A program made the translations under genes and the position numbers. Below the pieces are notes generated by a model. The model was given only the letters and a program-made list of their open reading frames with translations, searched no databases and was not told the origin of the DNA. This document shows positions 48,040 to 57,070 of a stretch of DNA of 64,000 nt, piece after piece. Positions within the stretch are counted from its first letter, which is position 1. Every line of letters begins with the position of its first letter. The DNA is from Armatimonadota bacterium (lineage in GTDB: Bacteria; Armatimonadota; SYMT01): the NCBI GenBank assembly GCA_041690135.1, contig JAWLHY010000003.1:384001-448000 (forward strand), given 5' to 3'.

Positions 48040-49305
48040 ATGAGATGGATCGCTGTTAGTCTGGTGGCCGGCGGCATCGTGGCCGCCTTGCCGGCCCAGG
48101 CCCAGGAGTGGACCCGGTTCCGCGGCCCGAACGGCACGGGGATCAGCGCGGCCAAGGGCATTCCCGTGCAGTTCACGGAAGCGGACTTCAACTGGAAGGT
48201 CAAGCTCCCCGGCGCCGGGCATTCCTCGCCGGTGATCTGGGGGGACAAGGTCTTCATTACCAGTGCCGAGGAGGACCAGGGGAAGCAGCACCTCCTTTGC
48301 CTCCAAGCGTCGGACGGGAAGCAGCTCTGGTCGGTGACGCGGACCTTCGACAAGTACAACCGGCACAAGTTCAACAGCTACGCCTCGGCTACCGCCGCGG
48401 TGGATAAGGACCTGGTCTACGTCCCCTGGTACACGCCGGCGATGGCCAGCCTCATCGCCTACACCCACGACGGCAAAGAAGTCTGGAAGCGCGACCTGGG
48501 CCAGTGGCACGGACAGCATGGGGGGGCCGCCTCTCCGATCCTGTTCGAGAACCTGGTGATCATCCGCCAGGACTGCGACGACATGGGGCCCGAGTCGTTC
48601 GTTTTGGCCATGGATCGGAAGACGGGGCAAGAGAAGTGGCGCTGCCCACGCATTTCCAAGACGGCCTCCTACTCGACGCCGGTGCTGTTCAAGGGGAAGG
48701 ACGGCGCGTCGCAGCTGGTCTTCAACAGCAACGCGCACGGCTTTACGGGGGTCGATCCGCGGACCGGCAAGGTGCTCTGGGAGGTGCCGAACCTCTTCCA
48801 GCAGCGGTGTGTCAGCACCCCGGCGATTGCCGGTGATGCCGTGATCGGAACCGCCGGCAACGGCGGCGGCGCGCGGCAGGGGGTGGCCGTCCGCCCGGAC
48901 GCCGCGAAGGCCAAAGCGGCAGACGTGGTCGCCTACCAGCTTGACCGGCGCGTGACCCCTTACGTGCCGACCCCGCTGGTCTACGGAGAGCACGTCTTCC
49001 TGTGGGGCGACGGCGGAATCCTGAGCTGCGTGAAGGCGGCGAACGGGGAAACCGTCTGGTCGGAGCGGGTCGGCGGAAACTACTTCAGCTCGCCAGTCTG
49101 CATCGACGGTAAACTGTACGGGGTGAACTCGGCGGGAGAGGTCGTGGTGGTGGAAGCTGGTCCCCAGTTCAAACTGCTCGGCCGCAGCCCGCTCGGCGAT
49201 CCCTGTCACTCCACTCCCGCGGTCTCCGGGGGCGCGCTTTACGTACACACCGAGGGCCACCTCATCTCTATCGGCGGCAAGAAAAAAGTCGCCCAGAACC
49301 CGTAA
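48040..49305 (+). CDS. Secreted PQQ-like/BamB-type beta-propeller protein
   Basis: Signal peptide AQA-QEWTRFRGPNG.G, G.SSPVIWGDKVF, repeated G...W docking motifs, SSPV/STP blades; GGAGG RBS. Confidence 0.92.
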   Translation: MRWIAVSLVAGGIVAALPAQAQEWTRFRGPNGTGISAAKGIPVQFTEADFNWKVKLPGAGHSSPVIWGDKVFITSAEEDQGKQHLLCLQASDGKQLWSVTRTFDKYNRHKFNSYASATAAVDKDLVYVPWYTPAMASLIAYTHDGKEVWKRDLGQWHGQHGGAASPILFENLVIIRQDCDDMGPESFVLAMDRKTGQEKWRCPRISKTASYSTPVLFKGKDGASQLVFNSNAHGFTGVDPRTGKVLWEVPNLFQQRCVSTPAIAGDAVIGTAGNGGGARQGVAVRPDAAKAKAADVVAYQLDRRVTPYVPTPLVYGEHVFLWGDGGILSCVKAANGETVWSERVGGNYFSSPVCIDGKLYGVNSAGEVVVVEAGPQFKLLGRSPLGDPCHSTPAVSGGALYVHTEGHLISIGGKKKVAQNP

Positions 49306-49319
49306 CAGCAGTACATCAG

Positions 49320-50738
49320 ATGTCGTTGCCTCACATTCCCGTCCTGCGCCGCGGCCAGGTATACGAAAGTCTCGACCAGGTCGAGCTCAAGAGCGTCCGC
49401 ACCGGCGAGCCGGTGGCGAGCGTGGGCCAGGCTAACGCCGGCCTCATCCGTCGTGACCTCCGCCGGCAGTCCCGCGATGCCTACCGGGGCTACTCGGTCA
49501 ACGATCTCCTGGGGATCTGTGATCGTGCCGGCCGCCTTTTCATGGAAGCCGAGCTGCCCCTGGGCAATGGGTCCCAGACCCCGGAGCAGTATATCGAGTC
49601 GCTCTCGGCGACCAGCGGCCTGCCGTATGCCCTTTGCCGCCGCAACATGGGGAAGATCCACCAGGTCTTCACCGAGATGCCGCTGATCCTCAAGGGCCTC
49701 ACCCGCGGCATGGACCCTAGCGTGATCGACCAGGGGACGGGCGAGCAGAACGGCGTACCGGTGAGCTACTACGCCACCACGGAATCGCTGGGGGTGGTCC
49801 TGCCCAGCAACTCTCCGGGCGTGAACTCCCTCTGGATGCCGGCGATCCCGCTCAAGGTGCCGGTGGTGCTGAAGCCGGGCCGCGAAGAGCCCTGGACGCC
49901 GTTCCGGATCATCCAGGCGTTCATCGCCGCGGGTGCTCCCGCCGAAGCCTTCAGCTTCTACGGGACAGACCATGAGGGCAGCGGCGCCGTGATGGACGCC
50001 TGCAAGCGGGCGCTGATCTTCGGCGATGAGAGCACCGTCCAGCGTTACGCGGGCAATCCCGGCGTGTCGGTTCACGGCCCCGGTCGCAGCAAGATCCTGA
50101 TCGGGAACGACGAGATCGAGCGGTGGCCGGAGTATGTCGGCCTGATCGCGGATTCCATCGCCCTCAACGGTGGCCGGAGCTGCGTCAACGCCTCCGCCGT
50201 GGTCGTGCCGAAGTACGCCGACGAGATCGCCGATGCTGTGGCCCGCAAGCTGGCCGAGTTGAAGCCGGTCTCCTACACCGACGAGACGGCGGTCCTCTCC
50301 GGGTTCGCCAACCCGAAGATGGCGGAGTACATCGATGCCGCCATCGAACAGGATCTGGACGGTGCGGAGGAGGTGACGGCGAAGTACCGGTCCGGCTCCC
50401 GCAAGGTGCTGCTGGACGGCTGCACCTACCTGCAGCCGACGCTGGTCCGGTGTCCCTCCTTCGAACACCCGCTTGCGAACAAGGAGTTCCTGTTCCCGTA
50501 CGCGAGCGTAGTGGAGGTGCCCCAGGAGCGGATGCTGGAACTGATCGGTCCGTCGCTGGTCGTCAGCGGGATCACCAGGGATCCGGAGTTCATCGAAGCG
50601 TTGATCGCCTCGCCGCTGATCGACCGGTTGAACCTCGGGCCGGTGCCCACTCCCGCCGTGCAGTGGGACCAGCCGCATGAGGGAAACCTCTTCGAATTCC
50701 TCTACCGCCGCCGCGCCATCCATCGCGCCAACTGGTAG
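49320..50738 (+). CDS. Aldehyde dehydrogenase-fold acyl reductase, GriD/EhpG/LuxC-like
   Basis: VLPSNSP, LKPGREEP, IFG, catalytic Cys in NGGRSCVNAS, EFLFP; HGPGRSK replaces the ELGGKS general-base motif. Confidence 0.82.
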   Translation: MSLPHIPVLRRGQVYESLDQVELKSVRTGEPVASVGQANAGLIRRDLRRQSRDAYRGYSVNDLLGICDRAGRLFMEAELPLGNGSQTPEQYIESLSATSGLPYALCRRNMGKIHQVFTEMPLILKGLTRGMDPSVIDQGTGEQNGVPVSYYATTESLGVVLPSNSPGVNSLWMPAIPLKVPVVLKPGREEPWTPFRIIQAFIAAGAPAEAFSFYGTDHEGSGAVMDACKRALIFGDESTVQRYAGNPGVSVHGPGRSKILIGNDEIERWPEYVGLIADSIALNGGRSCVNASAVVVPKYADEIADAVARKLAELKPVSYTDETAVLSGFANPKMAEYIDAAIEQDLDGAEEVTAKYRSGSRKVLLDGCTYLQPTLVRCPSFEHPLANKEFLFPYASVVEVPQERMLELIGPSLVVSGITRDPEFIEALIASPLIDRLNLGPVPTPAVQWDQPHEGNLFEFLYRRRAIHRANW

Positions 50739-50772
50739 AAGGCAACGGGGCCAGGGGCCTCGCGGATCTCGC

Positions 50773-50920
50773 TTAGTGCCGGGGGCGGCGAACGCCGCTG
50801 CAGTTGGGCGAGTGAACTCGCGGCTACAAACAGCGACTGCCCGGAGGGCGCCCGCCTCCGTCGGCTGGGGACCCTACAGCGGTTATACTTTGACGGCTCC
50901 TTAGTGCCGGGGGCGGCGAA
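50773..50920. repeat. 20-bp direct repeat flanking a REP-like palindrome
   Basis: TTAGTGCCGGGGGCGGCGAA at 50773 and 50901; GCGAGTGAACTCGCGGCT between them. Confidence 0.8.
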
Positions 50921-50964
50921 GGCCGTCCCCGTTCTCTGAATACAGTGGTAGCAGCGTTTTGTTG

Positions 50965-52131
50965 ATGATCGGATTCGACTACCAGCCCCGGACCCGACTG
51001 ATCTTCGGCGCCAACTCGGTAGACAGGCTGGGCGAGTTGGCCCGAGAGCTCCCTTCCCGCCGGGTGCTGGTGGTCACCGACCCCGGCATCGCGGCGGCCG
51101 GACATCTCGACCGGGCCCGCCGCGCGCTCGAAGGCGCCGGCCTGGAGGTCGTCGTGTACGACCAGGTGCGGGAGAACCCGACCACCCTGGACGTGGACCG
51201 CTGCCTGGAGGTAGCGCGTGCGGCCGACATCGACGGCATCATCGGCTTCGGGGGCGGCAGCAGCATCGATACCGCCAAGGGCTGTAACTTCCTGCTGACC
51301 AACGGCGGGAGGATGCGGGACTACTGGGGCGTGGGCAAGGCCCCGCACCCCATGCTGCCGCTGATCGCCGTGCCCACCACTTCCGGTACCGGCAGCGAAT
51401 GCCAGTCGTTCGCCCTGATCGCGGACGAGGAGACCCACCAGAAGATGGCCTGCGGCGACCCGAAAGCAGCCGCGCGGGTCGCTCTCCTCGACCCCACCCT
51501 GACGCTTTCCCAGCCGCGCGCCGTAACCGCCTGCACCGGCATCGATGCCATCGCGCACGCGGTCGAGACCGCCGTGACGAAGAAGCGGAATGAACTTTCC
51601 CTGCTCTACTCGCGGGAGGCGTTCCGGCTGACGATCCAAAACTTCACGCGCGTCCTCGAGGCGCCGGACAACCTGGAAGCGCGCTCCGCCATGCTCCTCG
51701 GCGCAGCCTATGCCGGCACCGCCATCGAGAACAGCATGCTGGGCGCGGCCCACTCTGCCGCCAACCCGCTGACCGCCCACTACGGCATCATCCACGGCCA
51801 GGCGGTGGGGATGATGCTCCCGCACGTGGTCCGCTTCAATGCGGCCGAATCGCCCGCCCGCGAGCTGTACCAGGAACTCGCCCTGGCCGCCGGCCTCATA
51901 GCATCGACCGCCCCCCTGGGATCGGGCGCGGAAGCCATCGCGCGGAAACTCGAAGAACTCCTTGCCGCCGCGGGAATGCCCCTCTCGCCCTCCGGTCATG
52001 GCATGACGCCCGCTGCGGTGACGGATCTCGCGCCCGAGGCCGCCGCCCAGTGGACCGCCACCTTCAATCCCCGCCCCATCACCGCGCCCGACTTCGAGCG
52101 CCTCTACGCGTCCGCCCTGGCCGCCGGCTAA
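50965..52131 (+). CDS. Iron-containing (family III) alcohol dehydrogenase
   Basis: VVTD.G, ENP, GGGSSIDTAK, PTTSGTGSE, DAIAHAVE, GAAHS, HGQA. Confidence 0.95.
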   Translation: MIGFDYQPRTRLIFGANSVDRLGELARELPSRRVLVVTDPGIAAAGHLDRARRALEGAGLEVVVYDQVRENPTTLDVDRCLEVARAADIDGIIGFGGGSSIDTAKGCNFLLTNGGRMRDYWGVGKAPHPMLPLIAVPTTSGTGSECQSFALIADEETHQKMACGDPKAAARVALLDPTLTLSQPRAVTACTGIDAIAHAVETAVTKKRNELSLLYSREAFRLTIQNFTRVLEAPDNLEARSAMLLGAAYAGTAIENSMLGAAHSAANPLTAHYGIIHGQAVGMMLPHVVRFNAAESPARELYQELALAAGLIASTAPLGSGAEAIARKLEELLAAAGMPLSPSGHGMTPAAVTDLAPEAAAQWTATFNPRPITAPDFERLYASALAAG

Positions 52132-52426
52132 ACCCCCAATCCCCAACCCCGATCCATCTCCCAACGCAACCACAAAGAACCCTGGCACTTCGTGGGCGTC
52201 ATAAGAAGCGGGCTTTCCTCGCGGGCGACTGCATTTCCGGGTGCCTTCCCGCCTTCGATCTGCGTAGTAGTAAGGGGTGCCGGGTCTGAATTCTCGTTCG
52301 AACGACCTTTTACCCGTAAGAGATATCAGGAAGCAAGTGCGGCACTCGGAGCGGCGCCGAATGGGTAGGGCGGTCGCTCTTACCGCACCCCGCGCATCCC
52401 GTCGCTTCTCTGGCAGGAGATTCGTT

Positions 52427-53560
52427 ATGCCCGCTTACGTGCCACGAGATACCTGGAAGAGGTTCCTTCTCACCGGCCTGGCGCTGACGCTCGGGGCTTC
52501 GGCGGCCAGCGCGTCCTGGCCGACCTTCCGGGGCTCGGCCAAGCAGTTGGGGTTGGCGCCCGGCAAGCTCTCCAGCAGCTTCAAGCTGAACTGGAAGTAC
52601 AAGACGAGCGGCGCGCTGCTCTCCTCGCCGGTGGTTCATCGCAACCGGGCCTATATCGGCGCGGGTGATGGTCACGTCCATGCCGTGGACCTGGCGAACG
52701 GCAAGAGGGTGTGGGCCTACAAGACCGGCGCGGCCATCGAGGCGCCGCCGGCGGTAGTGTCCGGGCTCGTGGTGATCGGCTCGTCGGACGGCATCCTTTA
52801 CGGACTGGACGCTGCCACCGGAAAGCCGCGCTGGAAGTACAAGACGGAAGACAAGATCCTCGGCGCGGCCAATCCCGTCCCGGCGGCGAAGGGGAAGGGC
52901 TGGTGGGTCGTGGTGGGCAGCTACGACAACAAGGTCCACTGCGTCAACGCCGCCACGGGCAAGGCGGTGTGGACCTACACCACGGAGAACTATGTCAACG
53001 GCACCCCCGCCATCGATGCCGGCCGGGTCATCTTCGGCGGCTGCGATGGGATGCTCTACGTTTTGAACCTGGCCGATGGTAAGCTCCTGAAATCGATCGA
53101 GATCCAGGACTACATCGCCGGATCCGCCGCGGTGGACGGAAAGATGGTTTACCTGGGCCACTACGGCAACGAGTTCGTGGCGGCGGACGTGGCGGGCGGC
53201 AAGGTGACCTGGAAGTACCGCGACCGCCAGTTCCCCTACTTCTCTTCCCCCGCGGTGACGGCCGACCGGATCGTGGTCGGCGGCCGGGACAAGCGGGTCC
53301 ACTGCATCGGCCGCGCGGACGGCAAGCCCCTGTGGGACTTCCGCACGCGGGGTAAAGTGGACAGCTCTCCGGTTATCTGTGATGCTAAAGTGGTGGTCGG
53401 CTCGGAAGATGGCCGGCTCTATGTCCTCAACCTGGCCGACGGGAAAGAGATCTGGTCCTACGATCTCGGCGCTCCCGTGATGAGCTCCCCCGCCGTGTCG
53501 GACGGCCGGGTAGTCATCGGCGCGAACGACGGCTACGTCTACGCCTTCACGGCCAAATGA
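52427..53560 (+). CDS. Secreted PQQ-like/BamB-type beta-propeller protein (8 regular blades)
   Basis: Signal peptide ASA-SWPTFRG; repeats SSP.V....V..GS.DG.L...D...GK..W.Y; AGGAGA RBS. Confidence 0.92.
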   Translation: MPAYVPRDTWKRFLLTGLALTLGASAASASWPTFRGSAKQLGLAPGKLSSSFKLNWKYKTSGALLSSPVVHRNRAYIGAGDGHVHAVDLANGKRVWAYKTGAAIEAPPAVVSGLVVIGSSDGILYGLDAATGKPRWKYKTEDKILGAANPVPAAKGKGWWVVVGSYDNKVHCVNAATGKAVWTYTTENYVNGTPAIDAGRVIFGGCDGMLYVLNLADGKLLKSIEIQDYIAGSAAVDGKMVYLGHYGNEFVAADVAGGKVTWKYRDRQFPYFSSPAVTADRIVVGGRDKRVHCIGRADGKPLWDFRTRGKVDSSPVICDAKVVVGSEDGRLYVLNLADGKEIWSYDLGAPVMSSPAVSDGRVVIGANDGYVYAFTAK

Positions 53561-53579
53561 TCCCCGGGAGTAATGATTG

Positions 53580-54914
53580 ATGGCTGGAACGGTCCAACTG
53601 GTACAGCTCGCGAATGAGAGCGAGACGAGGGCAGGCAACTACTTCGTCTCGAACTATCCCCCCTACTCGTTCTGGTCGCCGGATTACGTGGCCGACGCCG
53701 AAGCGGCCCTCAACCGCCCGCCGGCGCCCGGCACCCAGCTCGGGCTGTACATGCACATCCCGTTCTGCCGCCGCCGCTGCCACTTCTGCTACTTCCGGGT
53801 CTACACGGACAAGAACTCCTCGGAGATCCAGCGCTACCTGGACGCGGCCATCGCGGAGCTGGAGCTGTACGTCCGGAAGCCGTTCCTCGGTGGCCGGAAG
53901 CCCCATTTCATCTATTTCGGCGGGGGCACCCCCTCCTATCTCTCGGTCCGGCAGCTCACCTACCTCACGGACGGCATGAAGCGGCTGCTGCCCTGGGATG
54001 AGGCAGAGGAGATCGCCTTCGAGGCGGAGCCCGGCACCCTCACCGAGCCGAAGATGCGGGAGATCCGGAACCTGGGCATCACCCGTCTCAGCCTCGGGGT
54101 GGAGCACTTCGAGGACCGGATACTGAAGCTGAACGGCCGGGCGCACGATGCATCCGCCATCGACCGGGCCTACGGGTTCGCCCGCTCCATCGATTTCCCG
54201 CAGATCAACATCGACCTCATCGCGGGCATGATGGGCGACACCACCGAGGGGTGGCAGGCCTGCGTGCAGAAGACGATCGAGCTGGCTCCCGACAGCGTGA
54301 CCATCTACCAGATGGAGATCCCGTACAACACCACCATCTACCAGGAGATGAAGGCGCAGGGAGCCGAGATCGCGCCGGTGGCGACGTGGGGCACCAAGCG
54401 GGAGTGGGTGCGCTACGCCTTCGAGCAGCTCGAGAAGGCGGGTTACACCGTCACGAGCGCCTACACCGCCGTCAAGGACCCGGCCAGGACCAAGTTCATC
54501 TACCGCGACCAGCTCTGGACGGGGGCGGACCTCATCGGGTTGGGAGTGGCCTCCTTCTCCCACATCGGCGGCACCCACTACCAGAACCAGCACAACTGGG
54601 ACCCCTACATCGAGCGCTTGAGCGCGGGCCAGCTCCCGATCTACCGGGCGCTCACCCCCACGTCCGAAGAGCGGATGATCCGGGAGTTGCTGCTCCAGTT
54701 CAAGCTGGGTCACGTCAATGCCGGCTACTTCCGCGAGAAGTTCGGCGTGGAGCTCACCGACCGGTTCGTCGAAGCGCTGGGGCGCCTGCAAGAGTGGGGT
54801 TACCTGAGCATCGAGGGTGACGAGCTGCGGTTCAACCGCGACGGCCTGCTGCAAGCCGACCGCCTCATCCACGAATTCTTCCTGCCGCAGCACCGGGATA
54901 AGAGGTATGCCTGA
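53580..54914 (+). CDS. HemN-like (class C-type) radical SAM enzyme
   Basis: LYMHIPFCRRRCHFCYF (CxxxCxxC), YFGGGTPS, RLSLGVE, INIDLIAG, LIGLGVASFS, C-terminal HemN_C-like domain; N-terminal GNYFVSNYPP. Confidence 0.92.
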   Translation: MAGTVQLVQLANESETRAGNYFVSNYPPYSFWSPDYVADAEAALNRPPAPGTQLGLYMHIPFCRRRCHFCYFRVYTDKNSSEIQRYLDAAIAELELYVRKPFLGGRKPHFIYFGGGTPSYLSVRQLTYLTDGMKRLLPWDEAEEIAFEAEPGTLTEPKMREIRNLGITRLSLGVEHFEDRILKLNGRAHDASAIDRAYGFARSIDFPQINIDLIAGMMGDTTEGWQACVQKTIELAPDSVTIYQMEIPYNTTIYQEMKAQGAEIAPVATWGTKREWVRYAFEQLEKAGYTVTSAYTAVKDPARTKFIYRDQLWTGADLIGLGVASFSHIGGTHYQNQHNWDPYIERLSAGQLPIYRALTPTSEERMIRELLLQFKLGHVNAGYFREKFGVELTDRFVEALGRLQEWGYLSIEGDELRFNRDGLLQADRLIHEFFLPQHRDKRYA

Positions 54915-55566
54915 TCCGGGTTTGACCGGGCCACAGGGGCTGGGCGATGCCGTGGCCGGGGCGCGCCAGGCGGTGGAGAGTGGGGTCGTTTCCCGGCCCC
55001 CCTTCGATCCGCGCAGCGTGCCGATGGGGCTGGCCATCAGCGACCTGCTCTATCCGCTCGGCGAGTTCTACGCGGAAGCGGGACGTCCCCTGCCGCCGGT
55101 CGTGCAGGTGCCGGGGGAACAGGTGCCGGAGCCTTATCGCCAGCTCCTGGTGCACGCCAGCGACATGACGCCCACGCTGGAGCGGTTCCACGGCGACACG
55201 ATCCACCTGCGGCCGCTGCAGCGGCGCCTGGTGGACGACACCATGTGCCGGCAGGTAGTGCTGACACTGGATGAAAGCCTCCGGCCCGTGGAGTATGGCG
55301 CCATCGCCATCCACTGCCGGCACTTCCCGGAGGAAGCGCGCCAGTTGATCGTCGAGAGCCGCTGCCCGCTCGGCACAATCCTCAACCGTTACCGGATCCC
55401 GCACTTCAGCCGCCCGCGCGCCTTCTTCCGGGTCACCGCCGACGACTTCATGAACGAGGCGCTCGGCTTGACCGGCCGCCAGGAGCTCTACGGCCGCCGC
55501 AATGTTCTGCTCGCCCCTGGGGATGTTGTACTGGCCGACGTACTCGAAATACTCCCTCCCGGATAA
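54907..55566 (+). CDS. Chorismate pyruvate-lyase-like (UbiC/DUF98/UTRA fold) protein
   Basis: LL....MT..LE, R.V.L......V.YG, PLG.IL, YGRR..L......L..V.E pattern of UbiC-fold proteins; 8-bp overlap with the radical SAM stop codon. Confidence 0.65.
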   Translation: MPDPGLTGPQGLGDAVAGARQAVESGVVSRPPFDPRSVPMGLAISDLLYPLGEFYAEAGRPLPPVVQVPGEQVPEPYRQLLVHASDMTPTLERFHGDTIHLRPLQRRLVDDTMCRQVVLTLDESLRPVEYGAIAIHCRHFPEEARQLIVESRCPLGTILNRYRIPHFSRPRAFFRVTADDFMNEALGLTGRQELYGRRNVLLAPGDVVLADVLEILPPG

Positions 55567-55666
55567 GCTGTGCGATAAGGTGCGACGGAATTGGCAAGCT
55601 TCACCGTAGGGCATGCAGGGAAACCAGATCTCCCGGTGTCGGTTCGAGAACGCTATGTTTTCTTTC

Positions 55667-55714
55667 GAGTCCGCGCAGGCGGACTTCGGTTAGTTAGCCG
55701 CGGGTTTTAACCCG
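55667..55714. repeat. REP-like double palindrome
   Basis: GAGTCCGCGCAGGCGGACTT...TAGCCGCGGGTTTTAACCCG; related to the element at ~50807-50865. Confidence 0.7.
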
Positions 55715-55724
55715 AGGACGGCCC

Positions 55725-57053
55725 ATGCGCATCATTCAACTGACTCCCGGCACCGGTAGCTTCTACTGCGGCACCTGCCTGCGCGACAACGCCCTGGTGA
55801 CGGAGCTGCGCCGCCGCGGGCACGATGCGATGATGGTGCCGCTCTACCTGCCGCCCACGCTGGATGAAGCGCCTGCCTCCGCGGAGAGTCCGCTTTTCTA
55901 CGGCGGGATCAACGTCTACCTCCAGCATAAGTCCGGCCTGTTCCGCAAGACGCCGCGGTGGGTGGACCGCCTGCTGGATGCGCCGGGCGTGCTGAAGAAG
56001 GCGGCCGGCCGCGCGGGGATGACGGCCGCGAGCGAGCTTGCCGACCTGACGCTCTCGACACTCCGCGGCGAAGAGGGGAACCAGCTCAAGGAGCTGGACC
56101 GCCTGGCCGAGTGGCTGGCGACAGAGGGCCGGCCGGACGTCGTCTGCCTCTCCAATATCCTCCTGATCGGGCTCGCGCGCCGGATCAAGCAGCTCACCGG
56201 GGCGCGCGTCCTCTGCACGCTCCAGGGCGAGGACTCGTTCATCGACAGCTTTCCGGAGCCGGACCGGCAGGCCTCCTGGGATCTCCTGGCCGAACGCGCG
56301 GCCGACGTCGACCTGTTCGTGGCCGTGAGCCACTACTATGCGGACGTGATGACCCGCCGCGCGCGCCTTCCCGCGGACCGGGTGCACGTGGTGTACAACG
56401 GGATCTCGCTGGACGGCTACAATCCGGCTCCGGCCCCGCCCGACCCGCCGGTGCTGGGCTACCTCTCCCGGATGTTCCACGCGAAGGGTCTGGGCACACT
56501 GGTGGAGGCCTACCTCCTGCTGCGGGCGAGTGGTCGCGTCCCGGGCCTCAAGCTGCGGGTCGCCGGCACGAAGCTTTCCGTGGACGACGCCTACCTCGGA
56601 ATGCTGCGGGCGCGCCTGGCGGAGAAAGGGGCGGAAGGGGACGTGGAGTTCCTGCCCAATATCAGCCGGGAGGAGAAGATCGACTTCCTGCGCGGCCTTT
56701 CCGTCCTCTCCGTGCCGACCACCTACGGCGAGTCGTTCGGCCTTTACCTGGTCGAGGCGTGGGCCGCGGGGGTGCCGGTCGTGCAGCCGCGCCACGCCGC
56801 TTTCCCCGAACTCCTGGAAGCCACCGGTGGGGGATTGCTTTGCGAGCCGGACGACGCGCAGTCGCTGGCGACTTGCCTCGAACAGGTGCTCACCGACCCC
56901 AGGCGGGCACGCGAGATGGGCCTCCGAGCCCGTCGGGTCGTCGAGGAGCGCTTCAGCGTTCAGGCCATGGCCGAGGGCGTGGAACGCGTCCTCACCGGCC
57001 CCCCCTCTGAGGCGCCGCTGTTTGCAGAGCCCGTCACTGCCATGCGAGAATAG
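55725..57053 (+). CDS. Glycosyltransferase family 4 (GT-B) with N-terminal CxxC
   Basis: RRGHD, VVYNGI, SR....KG, ESFGLYLVEA (E-x7-E), GVPVV; N-terminal PGTGSFYCGTCLRDN. Confidence 0.92.
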   Translation: MRIIQLTPGTGSFYCGTCLRDNALVTELRRRGHDAMMVPLYLPPTLDEAPASAESPLFYGGINVYLQHKSGLFRKTPRWVDRLLDAPGVLKKAAGRAGMTAASELADLTLSTLRGEEGNQLKELDRLAEWLATEGRPDVVCLSNILLIGLARRIKQLTGARVLCTLQGEDSFIDSFPEPDRQASWDLLAERAADVDLFVAVSHYYADVMTRRARLPADRVHVVYNGISLDGYNPAPAPPDPPVLGYLSRMFHAKGLGTLVEAYLLLRASGRVPGLKLRVAGTKLSVDDAYLGMLRARLAEKGAEGDVEFLPNISREEKIDFLRGLSVLSVPTTYGESFGLYLVEAWAAGVPVVQPRHAAFPELLEATGGGLLCEPDDAQSLATCLEQVLTDPRRAREMGLRARRVVEERFSVQAMAEGVERVLTGPPSEAPLFAEPVTAMRE

Positions 57054-57070
57054 GCCAAGAGGTCATCAAG

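Noticed and set aside
46327-50738. Bioluminescence (luxCE) or phenazine/grixazone cluster
   Set aside because: No luxAB/luxD, phz core genes or griI/griH are in the window; only the reductase pair is shared.
52183-52197. Second sigma-54 promoter (TGGCACTTCGTGGGC) inside the cluster
   Set aside because: GG/GC spacing is correct, but the TT before GC is missing; plausible by chance in high-GC DNA.
53580-54914. Calling this gene hemN or hemW
   Set aside because: It lacks the HemN CxxxCxxCxC fourth Cys and the HemW HNxxYW motif, and the context is not heme-related.
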